64,000 nucleotides of DNA, from positions 491,348-555,347 of the forward strand of contig CBDCKN010000015.1 of NCBI GenBank assembly GCA_965218295.1, read 5' to 3'. Numbering within the stretch: position 1 is the first letter of the stretch; every line of letters starts with the position of its first letter. Shown in pieces: positions 51,757 through 62,128 of this stretch. The DNA comes from Longimicrobiales bacterium (GTDB taxonomy: Bacteria > Gemmatimonadota > Gemmatimonadetes > Longimicrobiales > Gaopeijiaceae). Position numbers and translations under genes: made by a program. Below the pieces are notes generated by a model. It worked only from the letters and a program-made list of their open reading frames with translations. It ran no database searches and was not told where the DNA came from.

Positions 51757-52731
51757 TCATCGGAAGCGTGCCCCCGCGAGCCGAACCGTCCGCCAGGTGT
51801 CGGTGCGTTGCATCAGCCCCCGCCCTGCCTGCCTGCGCGCCCGCTTCGTCAGCGCGACGCTGCGCTTCATCGCGGCCTGCAAGCCTCCGTACTCCATCAG
51901 GACCGGGACATCCCCCTTGATGATGGCCTGGTCGATAAGGTCGATCTCGCGGCCGATCCCGTGGTCGAATTCGGAGGGGCGGGGATCCCGCGCCCAGTTG
52001 GTGAGCACGGTCTCCGCCCGGCTGTCCTCCTGCGGTGTCCGGACGATGGCCACGACCTCGATCCCGCAGCCGCGATCCCAGAGCACCTTCCAGAGTTCGC
52101 GGTGCGCCGCGCCCCAGGAGCGGAGTGCCGTCGCTGTCTCGTGGCCCGGATCGAGGTAGACGAAAACGGCGCGCCGGGCGTCCAGCGCGACCGGCAGCTG
52201 GAGCGGGAAGTAGCGCCGGAGGTTCCCGGCCGCTCCCCGGTAGACCCGTTGGGGCAGGAGCGGGCGCTCGATGCCGAGCGCCTCGAAGGCGGCCACCTTC
52301 TCCGGCTCGGTCGGGAGCCAAGGCAGGCGGGAATGATCAAGCACATAGTCGAGCGAGAGCAGGCGCCGCATCAGCACTTCCGTGGAGGTGATCCGGCGGC
52401 GGCGGCGGTTCCCGGCGCCGAGCGCCCGGTAGATCCGGCGCGCGTGGATTCGGCACACTCGACCGATGCCGTCGATGCCGGGCGGATCCTCTTCGACGGC
52501 CACGCCCTGCGCGACGAGGGCGCGGACGGCGCGGCGCACCTTTTCGTGGTGGCAACCCAGAAAGCTCGTCCACTGAGCCCGAGTGAACACGCCGCCATGG
52601 AGACAGGCCAAGGCGATCCACTCGGCCTGACGGCCCGCCCAGCCAAATCCCTCAAGTGCCCGTTCGCGTCCCCGCAGGTGGACGATGGCTCCGCTCGCCG
52701 CCGAGTTGAACTGCTGCTTCAGCGTCTTCAT
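51757..52731 (-). CDS. Paralogue of the 14972-15907 hypothetical protein
   Basis: Shared RERALE.FGW.GRQAEWIALACLH.GVFTRAQ, RRLLSLDYVL.H and LPVAL motifs. Confidence 0.8.
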   Translation of the reverse strand: MKTLKQQFNSAASGAIVHLRGRERALEGFGWAGRQAEWIALACLHGGVFTRAQWTSFLGCHHEKVRRAVRALVAQGVAVEEDPPGIDGIGRVCRIHARRIYRALGAGNRRRRRITSTEVLMRRLLSLDYVLDHSRLPWLPTEPEKVAAFEALGIERPLLPQRVYRGAAGNLRRYFPLQLPVALDARRAVFVYLDPGHETATALRSWGAAHRELWKVLWDRGCGIEVVAIVRTPQEDSRAETVLTNWARDPRPSEFDHGIGREIDLIDQAIIKGDVPVLMEYGGLQAAMKRSVALTKRARRQAGRGLMQRTDTWRTVRLAGARFR

Positions 52732-53445
52732 GCCCCTAACGGTGAGGAGCCGTTTGCAAGGAAGTCAACCCGTAGAAAACCTCCTAAATGCCTGTGGCGT
52801 TCAGAGACGTTCAGTACGGTACAGGGGCTGTTGGACACCGCCGCCAGCGGCTTGCCAAACGCCCCGTCGGCCTTCGCCGAAGGCTCCGTCAATGGGTGCG
52901 GATCTCGACCGGACGTCGGCCTGCGCACGAACGATGCTGGGAATCTTCGAACCGGAGTGCCGTGTTCCGGGTCTGCGGCAGTCCGCAGCCGCGTTACTGC
53001 GGCAGATAGCTTGGGCGGGCCTATCTGGACGGGTCACAGCCGAAACCCTCCCCCGCGGCTTCGGCGGCGTCCGCCGGGCTGGCGAAGGGTGGCTCCGCCC
53101 CCCTTCGATCCCCCGGACGCCCGCGCTCCGGCGGAGTTCGCGGGCGGGGGGCTCGCCCCCCGTCCCTCTTGCCGGTGCGTCCTGAGTCGCGCGCCACACG
53201 AAGGACATATGGCGGCAGGCAGCTGCTGGAGTCGGTTGAGGGGACGCGGACTAGGAGAGGCCACTAGAGGTCTCGTCGGCCAAATCAATGGGGAACTCGC
53301 CGAGGACACACGAGCAAAGTCTGCGCTCCGAACAGCCCTGCAGGCTCACCGTGGAAAACCAGGCAATGTTGATCCCAAAGCGCTGGCCGCGTAGTAGTCG
53401 GACCGCACCGACGCGGCGCATGTCAATATCCGTCGGGACGACCCC

Positions 53446-54304
53446 TCACTCGCCGAGCAGGTACTTGAAGCCGAGCATCATCGACCAGGGATTGATGCGA
53501 CTGATTTCGGTGTCGTTCATTATGGGAAACGGATGCACCTCGTAAGGACTCGTGTCCACAAGGTCGTCGACCCAGCTGTAGGACGCCTTCAGGCCGAGTA
53601 GGAGCTTGTCGCCCAAACGATTAGTCGGCACCGGCAAAGAGCTGCTTGGAAAGACCGCTGTCGGACAGATCAACGTCCTGCAGACTGTTGTACTCCGCCG
53701 CGGGACGACCGCCGCATGGCTGACTAATGCACGAGTATTCGCTGCTGAAATACAGCCCCGACAGCTCGACGAAGGACAGGCCCAGTCCGGCGCCCAGGTA
53801 AAGCATGACCCGGCTTTCTGCGAACGCGAAGTCGTGATAGGCGTTCAGGGACAGCGTGCGCGCGGCCAAGGCATCGACCCTGGTGGTGTTGGTCGACGTA
53901 TAGTTGCTGTCTTCGTTAGGCAGGATCGGAGATCCATCGAGAAAGGTAATGTCGGTGAACTCTTGCTCGATGTTGTTCGATCGCTGGGAGACCGACACCT
54001 CCACGCGCACGTCGTCGAAATCTCGACCGAAGGCGACTTCAAAAGCAGTACCGAGATCCGAGGGAAGGTCGTAAAACCAGCGGTAGCCCTCCGGCGTGCC
54101 GCTGCAAAGGTCATTCGGGTAACAGATATTGTCCCGGTTATGGCCCGCCTGCTCCATCACGGGATTCCAGTTCGTCCCGCCGCTCGCGCTCACGTACCAC
54201 CCGTAAGACCCCGGCTGTTGACCCGCACCTTGTTCCGCTCGGCCGAGCAAGGTGCAGATCGCAAGCGTGGCTCCGAAGGCGTGTAACTGCCAGGACAAAG
54301 GCAT
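53446..54304 (-). pseudogene. Outer-membrane beta-barrel protein with a +1 frameshift
   Basis: Signal peptide; LNAYHDF and YLGAGLG motifs. GAC TAA T would read GAC TAT (ADYRLGDK) without one extra A near 53621; ends LGFKY. Confidence 0.75.
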
Positions 54305-55113
54305 TTGAGTCACCTCCAGTTGAGTCCGATGGCCTTCATTTGAGGATACCGCCTCCCAAGGACCCCGATCAACGGATCCCACACTATCGAGCCGGTAACG
54401 GGAGATTCCAATCGCCCCACGCGGGGGGTAGCCCAGGAAATGGCCCGCCTCCGCGTGGCAGATTCATGGCGACGAGCACATGGCTCATCCCCACCACGGC
54501 GGCTGCGCTGGCAAGGCCGAGCTGGTCTTGGCTCCTCCCGTAGCAACGGGGAGCCAAAGCTTCCGCCGTGAAGCGGTGGAGTAGAAGGCGGCCTCATTCT
54601 GCCTTGTCACGGCTTCGCTTGAAGTCCATCGGAGACTGATAGTCGATTGGAGCTGGCGCGAGTGGCAAGTCCAAGAGGGCCGTGGCGCAATCGGCGGAGG
54701 CGCGCAGCACCTTCTGGGCTTGATCCAGTTTCGTGGACGGTTTAGCTCGGCTGCCAGCCGAGCCGAGCCGAGCGTCGAGTGTCGGCACTGCTGTCTTAAT
54801 CGCCATCGTCGGCTCAGGTTCGACGAACGTGCGCATTGACGATCCCCGGGCCGCCGAGCTCGCCAGCTAAGATCCATGGTTGTAGTCTGCACCCACGACG
54901 CATGGACAGGAGACCCACACCGCACACGGGCAATTCCGGGAACTTGCTCAGGGCCCAGTCAACGACGGCAAGAGCCTCAGCTCGATCCATGCTCGGACTC
55001 TAGTTGGGATTCATGTACCAAAAACATGGACTCCTACCGTGGTGGAGCGAGGGGTTACGGATAACTAGGCTGCTTTCCTAGGAGGTCGCAGGCTGGGTAC
55101 CCTGTTGCTGCAA

Positions 55114-56712
55114 CTAACCTAGTATCACCTGATGAATACGATCATCCTTGACCGCAGACAGGAAGACCCTCGCCCATTCTGCATTCGTGGAGAGACTGTT
55201 TGCCGCTACGATGAGGTCCGCCCGAAAGACAACGGGGCAGGCATTCCAGAGGCGCATAAACGCCTCACGACTCAGCTCCCTTTGGGCACTCAGAAGCTTG
55301 GCTACCTCGGTTGCTGCGAGCCACGAATCGAAAGGTGACGTGGTCAGCGCCTCCAGTTGCGAGACGACCCACTCCGGCAACTGATCCGCAACGGAGGTTA
55401 AGACCCGGGCAACCCACGCCACCTCCCACTCCGTGCGGAATCGCCCGGCTTTCAAGGTCTTGCTCGCCTGCGCGGCGACCTTCTTGGGTTCTGTTCCCGC
55501 CAGCGCGAGAAGATACGAGCATACAACCTCCGATTTCTCGGGATATGAAGTGAGGATATCGCCTGCTGCCCCCAGCGCTTTGGGAGAGCGCCCCGCTGCC
55601 AACCTGACCAATGAAGCGACAATCCTCTGATGAAAGGCATCGCTAGCAAGAGCGTTGGGTTTACCGGGTCTCCGCTCCCACGTTTCTGCAAAAAGGTCCT
55701 CGGCAATCTCGACCGCATTCGGCTCGAGTGACGGCCGCAACTGGTCAATAACTTCCTGCAATGACACGTTCCCATGATAGAAGAAATCCCACCCGAGCTG
55801 TTCCATGTCAGCAAGATCGATGGCCGTGTCTAGCGCATCCGGATCATCCTCTAGCGTTGCGAATTTCTTGCTGAGGACCTTGCTTCGCACATCGGTAATC
55901 GACTTCTCAATTGACTGGACGGCATCCTTATAGGTTGATGCCTTCAGCACTCTCGTCTTGTGTCCACTTAGGAGCAGGCCCGCGCTCCGCACGCATGCTT
56001 CAAGGGTGTATAAGGCACCGCGAGCATCGTCGTAGCCTTTCATCGCGACGCGGAAGTCGTCCCCATGTCGCGTGTAAGCGAATCCATTACGTATCATCGC
56101 GAAATCCAGCTCTGCTAGATAAGCTGTGGCGAGCGGGTCTGAAGCATCGAGCCCCTGAGGTAGGCCACGGGAGCCGCCCATCACTCTCGTCAGGAAATGG
56201 GATAGCGCCTCGACTTCAGCTCGCTTGCCAGTGGCTCGGATCAATCGCTCGGCCAAGCGCCTATGGTCCACCGATTCGTAGAAACCCGAGACGTCAGCGA
56301 GGACCACATACTTGCATGAATCGGTGAGCGGCGAGTGCTCGAACTTGAGCCAGCTCTTGTTACGCTGTAGACCTCGGGGCCAGAAGACGATTTCTTCGCC
56401 GAGAAGGTAACTGTCGATCCGCGAACGTAGCGTAGCCACCAAGGCTGCATAGACGACTCGGTCGTTGAGCGTCAGTAGGGCCGCGGGACGCGTCGCAGAT
56501 GTGGATTTCGGCACCCTGACGGTATATGCAGGAGCCGGATCATATCTCCCGCGTTCGAGGTCGCGTATCAGAGCCTGAAGAAACCTGTTGCCAACCTCCC
56601 CGCCTACCTTGTCCTCAGCTCGCGGCGGCAGCAGATCGTTTCTTTCCGATCCATTAGTCAATGCGGCGGCTAGATCGAGCTGGTCAACAACATTTTGATA
56701 GGGTGTCGGCAT
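55114..56712 (-). CDS. UG/Abi-like (defence-associated) reverse transcriptase with helical C-terminal domain; start uncertain (56712-56760)
   Basis: VPK...RP, DRVVY, ADVSGFYESVDH, GLPQG..AS..LA..YL..LD, RHGDD and GLLL...KT motifs; long alpha-helical-looking C-terminus. Confidence 0.88.
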   Translation of the reverse strand: MPTPYQNVVDQLDLAAALTNGSERNDLLPPRAEDKVGGEVGNRFLQALIRDLERGRYDPAPAYTVRVPKSTSATRPAALLTLNDRVVYAALVATLRSRIDSYLLGEEIVFWPRGLQRNKSWLKFEHSPLTDSCKYVVLADVSGFYESVDHRRLAERLIRATGKRAEVEALSHFLTRVMGGSRGLPQGLDASDPLATAYLAELDFAMIRNGFAYTRHGDDFRVAMKGYDDARGALYTLEACVRSAGLLLSGHKTRVLKASTYKDAVQSIEKSITDVRSKVLSKKFATLEDDPDALDTAIDLADMEQLGWDFFYHGNVSLQEVIDQLRPSLEPNAVEIAEDLFAETWERRPGKPNALASDAFHQRIVASLVRLAAGRSPKALGAAGDILTSYPEKSEVVCSYLLALAGTEPKKVAAQASKTLKAGRFRTEWEVAWVARVLTSVADQLPEWVVSQLEALTTSPFDSWLAATEVAKLLSAQRELSREAFMRLWNACPVVFRADLIVAANSLSTNAEWARVFLSAVKDDRIHQVILG

Positions 56713-56850
56713 TCGAAGGAATGTGGAGGATGACATCATATCCGCGATCGTGAGATTCATCGGCGGGTTGCGCAATCTCCGACATGTCGGCGATCCGCTC
56801 CCGCCCCAACGTCCCAGCCAGGCAGGCTGACCGACCTCGCCTGACTCCCC
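56713..56850 (-). ncRNA. Candidate structured leader/ncRNA of the RT
   Basis: TATAGT -10-like box at 56854-56859; hairpin CAGGC/GCCTG; long GGCGGG...CCGACATGTCGG...CCCGCC stem (56762-56805). Confidence 0.35.
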
Positions 56851-57596
56851 GATACTATAACGTCCATGTGCTGTGCGACGGCCTTGCGCTGCCGGAAAAG
56901 AGTGGGTCCTGCACGTGGGGTAACTCCCACCGGATCGAGATGCGCCTAGCCGCTCGCCCATGCCCCTACCACCGCAGGTCCTGCTGGCGAGCATCGGCGG
57001 CTACCCCCAGCGTGGTGGACACGATCCTGTCTATGCCGCTCGCGCCGCGATTCCCGAGCACACGCGGATCCCAAGTCGCGCACCCCTCCGAAGTCGTCCA
57101 AATCGCCAAAGGGCACCGCCTCGAGGACGTCCGGCCCATGGCTGTGAAACGGAAAGAATGTGCCACCAAGCGATGCAGCGAACCCCTACGTCGGTCGCTC
57201 GAAGTGTGGTGCAGATTACGCCGGGAGGTTGTGGGCCGGTCGTCTCGAGCTTGCCCATGCGGGTCACCGGGCCCCGATTGTACTATCCTACGCGATGCCC
57301 CGGCCGACCTTCCATTCCCAATGCCTCGATCCGGTCCGGGCTCACGGCCGGAAGCCGCAAGATGAATTGCTCCGGTAGCGTCACGCCCCTTCTGGCAGTG
57401 GATGCCAACGCGGCGGCATATCCAATCACGGCAGATCCCGACCCCGATAATGTGGACCACGGACTCCCACATGTCGACCGCCCATTCCGTCGTATGTCGA
57501 TCACTCTGGGAGGGCGAAGGTCCAGAGCGGTGCTGGGGTCGTGGGTTTGAGGGTTGAAGTTAGGAGGTGGAGGGGATCGTTATCGAGTCGTACAGC

Positions 57597-57775
57597 TATC
57601 GCATGGAAGCGCGCTCGAGTACAATGCGACGGGTGTTGTTGAGGAGTCGGTCGAGGATGGCGTCGCCGAAGGTGCAGTCGCCGGCAAGCTCGTGCACCAG
57701 TGCTGACGGAGACTTGTCTGGCCTTGAGCGTGCCACACCGAGCGTAGCGAGCATCCAGAACCTCGAGGAGCCATA
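57597..57775 (-). pseudogene. IS21 IstB remnant
   Basis: LLEVLDARY and GDCTFGDAILDRLL...SMR pieces. Confidence 0.7.
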
Positions 57776-57864
57776 GTCATCTATATGATGTCACTGGAAT
57801 GATTTTGCACATCGGTCCAAGTAGTCTACCTATTCCCGCCCATGCTGACCTCCCTGTAGCTGGG

Positions 57865-58210
57865 ACCAGGTGCCCGGATCCTAACATCCGCCCTGGTCTC
57901 GTTTCAGGGGGGCAGATCACTCGAGTGCGAGCTTCTCGACCGCAAACGCTTCCAGGCGCAGGCCGAGGCGAAGATGGCCGTCTTCGCCTTCATCGAGGGC
58001 TTCTACAACCCGCGCAGGAGGCACTCCTCTCTCGGCCAAGTCTCGCCGGTCAACTTCGAACGCCGCCATGCCCGGGAGGCCGCCGCATGAGCGCCCCCTA
58101 CGCCCGGTTCTTTACTCCCCCGCTTCGCGGGGGAAGATTCCTTCTCCCTCGGGCGAGGGATGTAGTGAAAACCTCAGTGTTCACCCGTCCACGAAAGCGG
58201 GACAGCTCCA
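57865..58210. mobile_element. Fused IS3-family fragments (IS407-like left end plus an orfB 3' end with IRR)
   Basis: CCTGGTCTCGTTTCAGGGGGGCAGATCA end; LECELLDR...FIEGFYNPRRRHSSLG..SP; end CCGTCCACGAAAGCGGGACAGCTCCA. Confidence 0.75.
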
Positions 58211-58227
58211 CACGGGAGGGCTCCACA

Positions 58228-60990
58228 GTGCTACGAACAGCAGCGGCTGCAAGTCTTTTGTTGGCCCTCGTCCAAGCGGGCGCGCTAACGGCGCAGGGCA
58301 CGCTCAGTGGAACCGTAACATCCTCTGCGACGGGCACGCCCGTCGCGGGTGTGCAGGTGAGCCTGCCCGAACTGAGTAGGGGATCCATCAGTGGGGCCAC
58401 CGGCACCTACGATATTCCCAACCTGCCGGCTGGTAGCCACGATGTCGTGTTCAACGTAATCGGTTATCGATCGGTGACCCAGCAGGTCACGATCGCCAAC
58501 GGCGAGACCACCCAGCTGGATGTGACGCTTGAGGAGGAGGCAGTTCAGCTCGCAGGCTTGGTCGTGGTCGGCAGCCGGGCGCCGCCCAGGACGGTGACCG
58601 AATCTCCCGTCCCCGTGGACGTGGTCTCGGCTACCGACCTCACTAGCCAGGGAACGGTCAACCTGCAGGACCAGCTCCGAACGGTGGTCCCGTCATTCAG
58701 CGTCAACACCCAGCCGATCAGCGACGCCTCCACCGTCGTTCGGCCGGCGATGCTGCGCAACCTGGCTCCGGACCACACCCTGGTCCTTGTCAACGGCAAG
58801 CGCCGCCACCGCTCTTCGATTATCGACTGGCACGGCGGCAACGGCGTGGCTTTCGGGTCGCAGGGACCCGACATCTCGGCCATTCCGGCCATCGCCCTGC
58901 GGCAGGTAGAAGTGTTGCGGGACGGCGCGGCCGCGCAGTACGGCTCGGATGCCATCGCCGGCGTGCTGAACTTCCAACTCAAGGACGCCGCATCCGGCGG
59001 CTCCTTGGAGTACGGCGCCGGCACGTTCGGTGACGGCGACGGCGAGGCGATGAACGTGGCCGCCAACGTCGGTCTGCCGCTGGGCACCCGCGGCTTCGCC
59101 AACCTCAGCCTGGAGTACGGCGGCTCGAACCCGACCAACCGCAGCGCGCCCCGCAGCGATGCAATCGCGCTCATCGCCGCCGGCAACACCAGCGTGATGT
59201 CCGACACGCCGCAGGTCTGGGGCTCGCCAGACATCGACGACGATTTGAAGCTGTTCGGGAACTTCGGATACACCGCCGCCGCCGGCGTGCAGGTCTACGG
59301 CCATACCAACTACGCCAGCAAGAAGGTGACCGGCGGCTTCTTCTTCCGGAATCCGAACACGCGGGGCGGCGTCTTCAGCCTCGACAGCGGCCAGAGCCTG
59401 CTGATCGGCGACGTGCTGATGGCGAACGGGGCGGGGTCGGCAAACTGCCCAACGGTGGCCATCACCAACAACGTGGCCGATCCGGTCGCCCTGCAGCGGG
59501 TGTTCGAGGACCCGAACTGCTTCTCGTTCCGCGAGCGATTTCCCGGCGGTTTCACGCCCAGCTTCGGGGGCGAGGCGCAGGACCTGTCCGTGGTCGTCGG
59601 CGTGCGCGGCTTTACGGCCGATGGGTTCAACTGGGATGTGAGCGCATCGCTCGGCGCACACGAGACCGACCTCTTCATCCAGAACACCGTTAACGCCTCA
59701 CTCGGCCCCGACACGCCGACCGCGTTCAACCTCGGTAGTAACCGGCAGCGCGACGTCGGTCTCAACACCGACTTCTCCTACGCCGCCACCGACATGGTCA
59801 ACATCGCGGCCGGGGCGGAATGGCGGAACGAGCAATACCAGACCACCGCGGGCGATCCGGCATCGTGGACGGTCGGCCCCTACGGCCGGGGACAGGGTTT
59901 CTCGGCCGGATCCAACGGATTCTTCGGTTACGGGCCGATGGCCGCCGGGACCTGGGGCCGCAGCAACGTCGCGCTCTACGGCGACATCGAGTTGAATGGG
60001 ATCGAGCGCGACTGGACCGTCGGCTCCGCCGTTCGCATCGAGCACTTCGATGACTTCGGCACGACGATGAACAGCAAGCTCTCCGGCCGCTTCCACTTCG
60101 TGCGCGCCAGCGTGAGCAGCGGGTTCCGCGCCCCGACACCGGGACAGCAGAACGGCTTCAACATCTCGACCATCTTTGACCCGGCGCTCGGGGATCTGGT
60201 GAACAACGGCTCCATCCCGTCGATCTCGCCGTTGGCGGCACTGCGCGGCGGCCAGCCGCTCGCCCCAGAGAAGTCAATCAACTACACCGCCGGCGTCGTC
60301 TTCGATAACGGCCAGTTCACCTTCACGGCCGACTACTTCCGCATCAACGTATCGGACCGGATCGGGATCACGAGCAACTTCACCCTGACCGCCGACGAGA
60401 TCGACACCCTGCTGGCCGAAGGCGTCGACGCCGCTCGCGACCTACGGCAGTTCCGGTTCTTCACCAACGCGTTCGCGACGGCGTCGCAAGGTATCGATCT
60501 GGTATCGACCTTCACACCGCTCGTGCTGCGCGGCAACACCGTGATCAGCGCCATCTTCAACTACACCGACACCGAGGTGACCGACAACGAGAAGGGGCTG
60601 CTTAACGACCGGCGGATGGCCGAGTTCGCCTACGCCTTGCCGCGCATCCGCTGGAACGTCGGTCTGACCCAGCAGGTCGGGCGGGTGAGCATTATCGGCC
60701 GGCTGAACTACTTCGGCGGCTGGTACGACTACGACAGCGGCTTCGCCGAGGTCTACCTGCCGTCGGGAGGCATCGAGCAGGGCTTCTTCGATGGCAAGCC
60801 GATCGTCGACTTGGAAGGGAGCATCGACCTCGTCGGCGGCGCAACGTTGGCCGTCGGCACGCAGAATGCGTTCAACACCTACCCGGACGAGAGCGCGCGG
60901 GCGATGTCCGTCGGCGAGAAGTACAGCGAGTACACGCCGTGGGGCTTCAACGGCGCCTTCTACTACGGGAAATTGACCTATCGATGGTAG
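58228..60990 (+). CDS. TonB-dependent receptor with N-terminal carboxypeptidase-like domain
   Basis: GGAGGG RBS and GTG start, signal peptide, VVVGSR, LVLVNGKR, EVLRDGAAAQYGSDAIAGV plug motif, C-terminal YRW. Confidence 0.93.
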   Translation: MLRTAAAASLLLALVQAGALTAQGTLSGTVTSSATGTPVAGVQVSLPELSRGSISGATGTYDIPNLPAGSHDVVFNVIGYRSVTQQVTIANGETTQLDVTLEEEAVQLAGLVVVGSRAPPRTVTESPVPVDVVSATDLTSQGTVNLQDQLRTVVPSFSVNTQPISDASTVVRPAMLRNLAPDHTLVLVNGKRRHRSSIIDWHGGNGVAFGSQGPDISAIPAIALRQVEVLRDGAAAQYGSDAIAGVLNFQLKDAASGGSLEYGAGTFGDGDGEAMNVAANVGLPLGTRGFANLSLEYGGSNPTNRSAPRSDAIALIAAGNTSVMSDTPQVWGSPDIDDDLKLFGNFGYTAAAGVQVYGHTNYASKKVTGGFFFRNPNTRGGVFSLDSGQSLLIGDVLMANGAGSANCPTVAITNNVADPVALQRVFEDPNCFSFRERFPGGFTPSFGGEAQDLSVVVGVRGFTADGFNWDVSASLGAHETDLFIQNTVNASLGPDTPTAFNLGSNRQRDVGLNTDFSYAATDMVNIAAGAEWRNEQYQTTAGDPASWTVGPYGRGQGFSAGSNGFFGYGPMAAGTWGRSNVALYGDIELNGIERDWTVGSAVRIEHFDDFGTTMNSKLSGRFHFVRASVSSGFRAPTPGQQNGFNISTIFDPALGDLVNNGSIPSISPLAALRGGQPLAPEKSINYTAGVVFDNGQFTFTADYFRINVSDRIGITSNFTLTADEIDTLLAEGVDAARDLRQFRFFTNAFATASQGIDLVSTFTPLVLRGNTVISAIFNYTDTEVTDNEKGLLNDRRMAEFAYALPRIRWNVGLTQQVGRVSIIGRLNYFGGWYDYDSGFAEVYLPSGGIEQGFFDGKPIVDLEGSIDLVGGATLAVGTQNAFNTYPDESARAMSVGEKYSEYTPWGFNGAFYYGKLTYRW

Positions 60991-61294
60991 GTTGATCGGA
61001 GCTGCCTGGGGAAAGTGACCCTGAACTCAGGGAGATTTGATCGAGAGATCCCGCCCCGGTCCGGCCAGTCCTGGGAGTAGCGAACCGCGAGAAGTTCGCC
61101 GAGTTCGTTGAACGTTACGACACCATCGTTTCGGAAGCGCGGTTGCTGTTCCGGGTCTAGCTGCTTGCAACAGAATGACGATTAGGAAGCCGGTACGGGA
61201 ACCGAGCCGTCGAAGCCGCGCAGGTTGTAGAGGGAATTTATCTGGCTCGCCCGCGATATGCGCGAAGCGCGCGCGCGGAGCTTCAACGGAACGC

Positions 61295-61525
61295 TCGGCG
61301 ACGAGGTGCTGAAGCGCGAGATCTTCTATTCTCTGGAGGAGGCACAGGTGCTCATCGAGCAGTGGCAGCGGGAGTACAACACCATCTGACCGCATAGCTC
61401 TCTGGCCTATCAGCCGCCGGCCCCGGAGGCGATCCGGCCTGAGCCGGCCTTCCTCAATCTCCCCAGACTCCGAGGCCCTCTCCCCAGACTCCAAGTAGGT
61501 GGTACCACTCTTGGGGGCTGGTCAG
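61295..61525 (+). pseudogene. IS3/IS407-group orfB 3' remnant with right end
   Basis: DEVLKREIFYSLEEAQVLIEQW..EYN...PHSSL.Y.PPAP; end ...GGGGGCTGGTCA. Confidence 0.75.
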
Positions 61526-61919
61526 CTTCGCGGATGAAGTCTTTGGGAAGCTGTTCCTGGACCTGGGTCCGCTACACTTCATGAGAGTGCTCAAAATTCA
61601 GGGTATGTCGGATCTTGTATCCGGTTTTGTGGATCGTGCCATTCTGCAGCGGTCCAATCAAGACCGGTGAGCAGAGCCTTTTAGCGCCCCCCGATCGCGG
61701 GCAATTCCTTCGCGCTACGTTGTGGGGTGCGGGCGTCGGGTTCATGACCTCGGTCGCTGGGCCCTCCGTCCAGGCTTCCCCCTTTCCGTCCCCCGCATCC
61801 CCCGAAGCGCGGAACGTGTCTACAGTCGCACTCGGGTTCGCCGTACGCTTCCCACTCCCGTAGCAATGCGCTGATGTTGCCCCGCCGTCTCAACCGATGG
61901 GGGAGGTTCGTCTCATCGG

Positions 61920-62120
61920 GATCGATCTGGTGATGCCGAGCTCCCGGCTGATCAGCTTCACGGATTTGCCGCGGGCCAGACCGACCTCTGCCTCCCGCAC
62001 TGCAGTGATGATCTGCTCCGGAGTGTGTCGCTTCCTTCCCATCCTGACCTCCTCGCTGAAAAGCTTCAGACCAGGTCGATCCTAACATTGCACCTGGTCT
62101 CGTTTCAGGGGCTCAGGTCA
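61920..62120 (-). pseudogene. IS3/IS407-group left end and orfA remnant
   Basis: TGACCTGAGCCCCTGAAACGAGACCAGG end; MGRKRHTPEQII..VREAEV. Confidence 0.75.
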
Positions 62121-62128
62121 ATGGGCAC

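Noticed and set aside
54755..54775. Short AGCCG tandem repeat (also TACTAG at ~47641 and CTCCCCAGACTCC twice at ~61460)
   Set aside because: Only two or three units each, with no functional context.
55005..55040. Fluoride riboswitch-like GACTCCTAC
   Set aside because: The 5' GATGG pseudoknot half and a suitable downstream gene are absent.
55114..56994. RT as group II intron, retron or DGR; also the 626-aa N-terminal extension
   Set aside because: No maturase/domain V, no retron VTG motif and no TR/VR pair seen. The extension is low-complexity and crosses a promoter-like box.
57799..58227. N-terminal extension of the 1063-aa TonB receptor ORF
   Set aside because: It consists of IS3 fragments; the RBS and signal peptide indicate a start at 58228.
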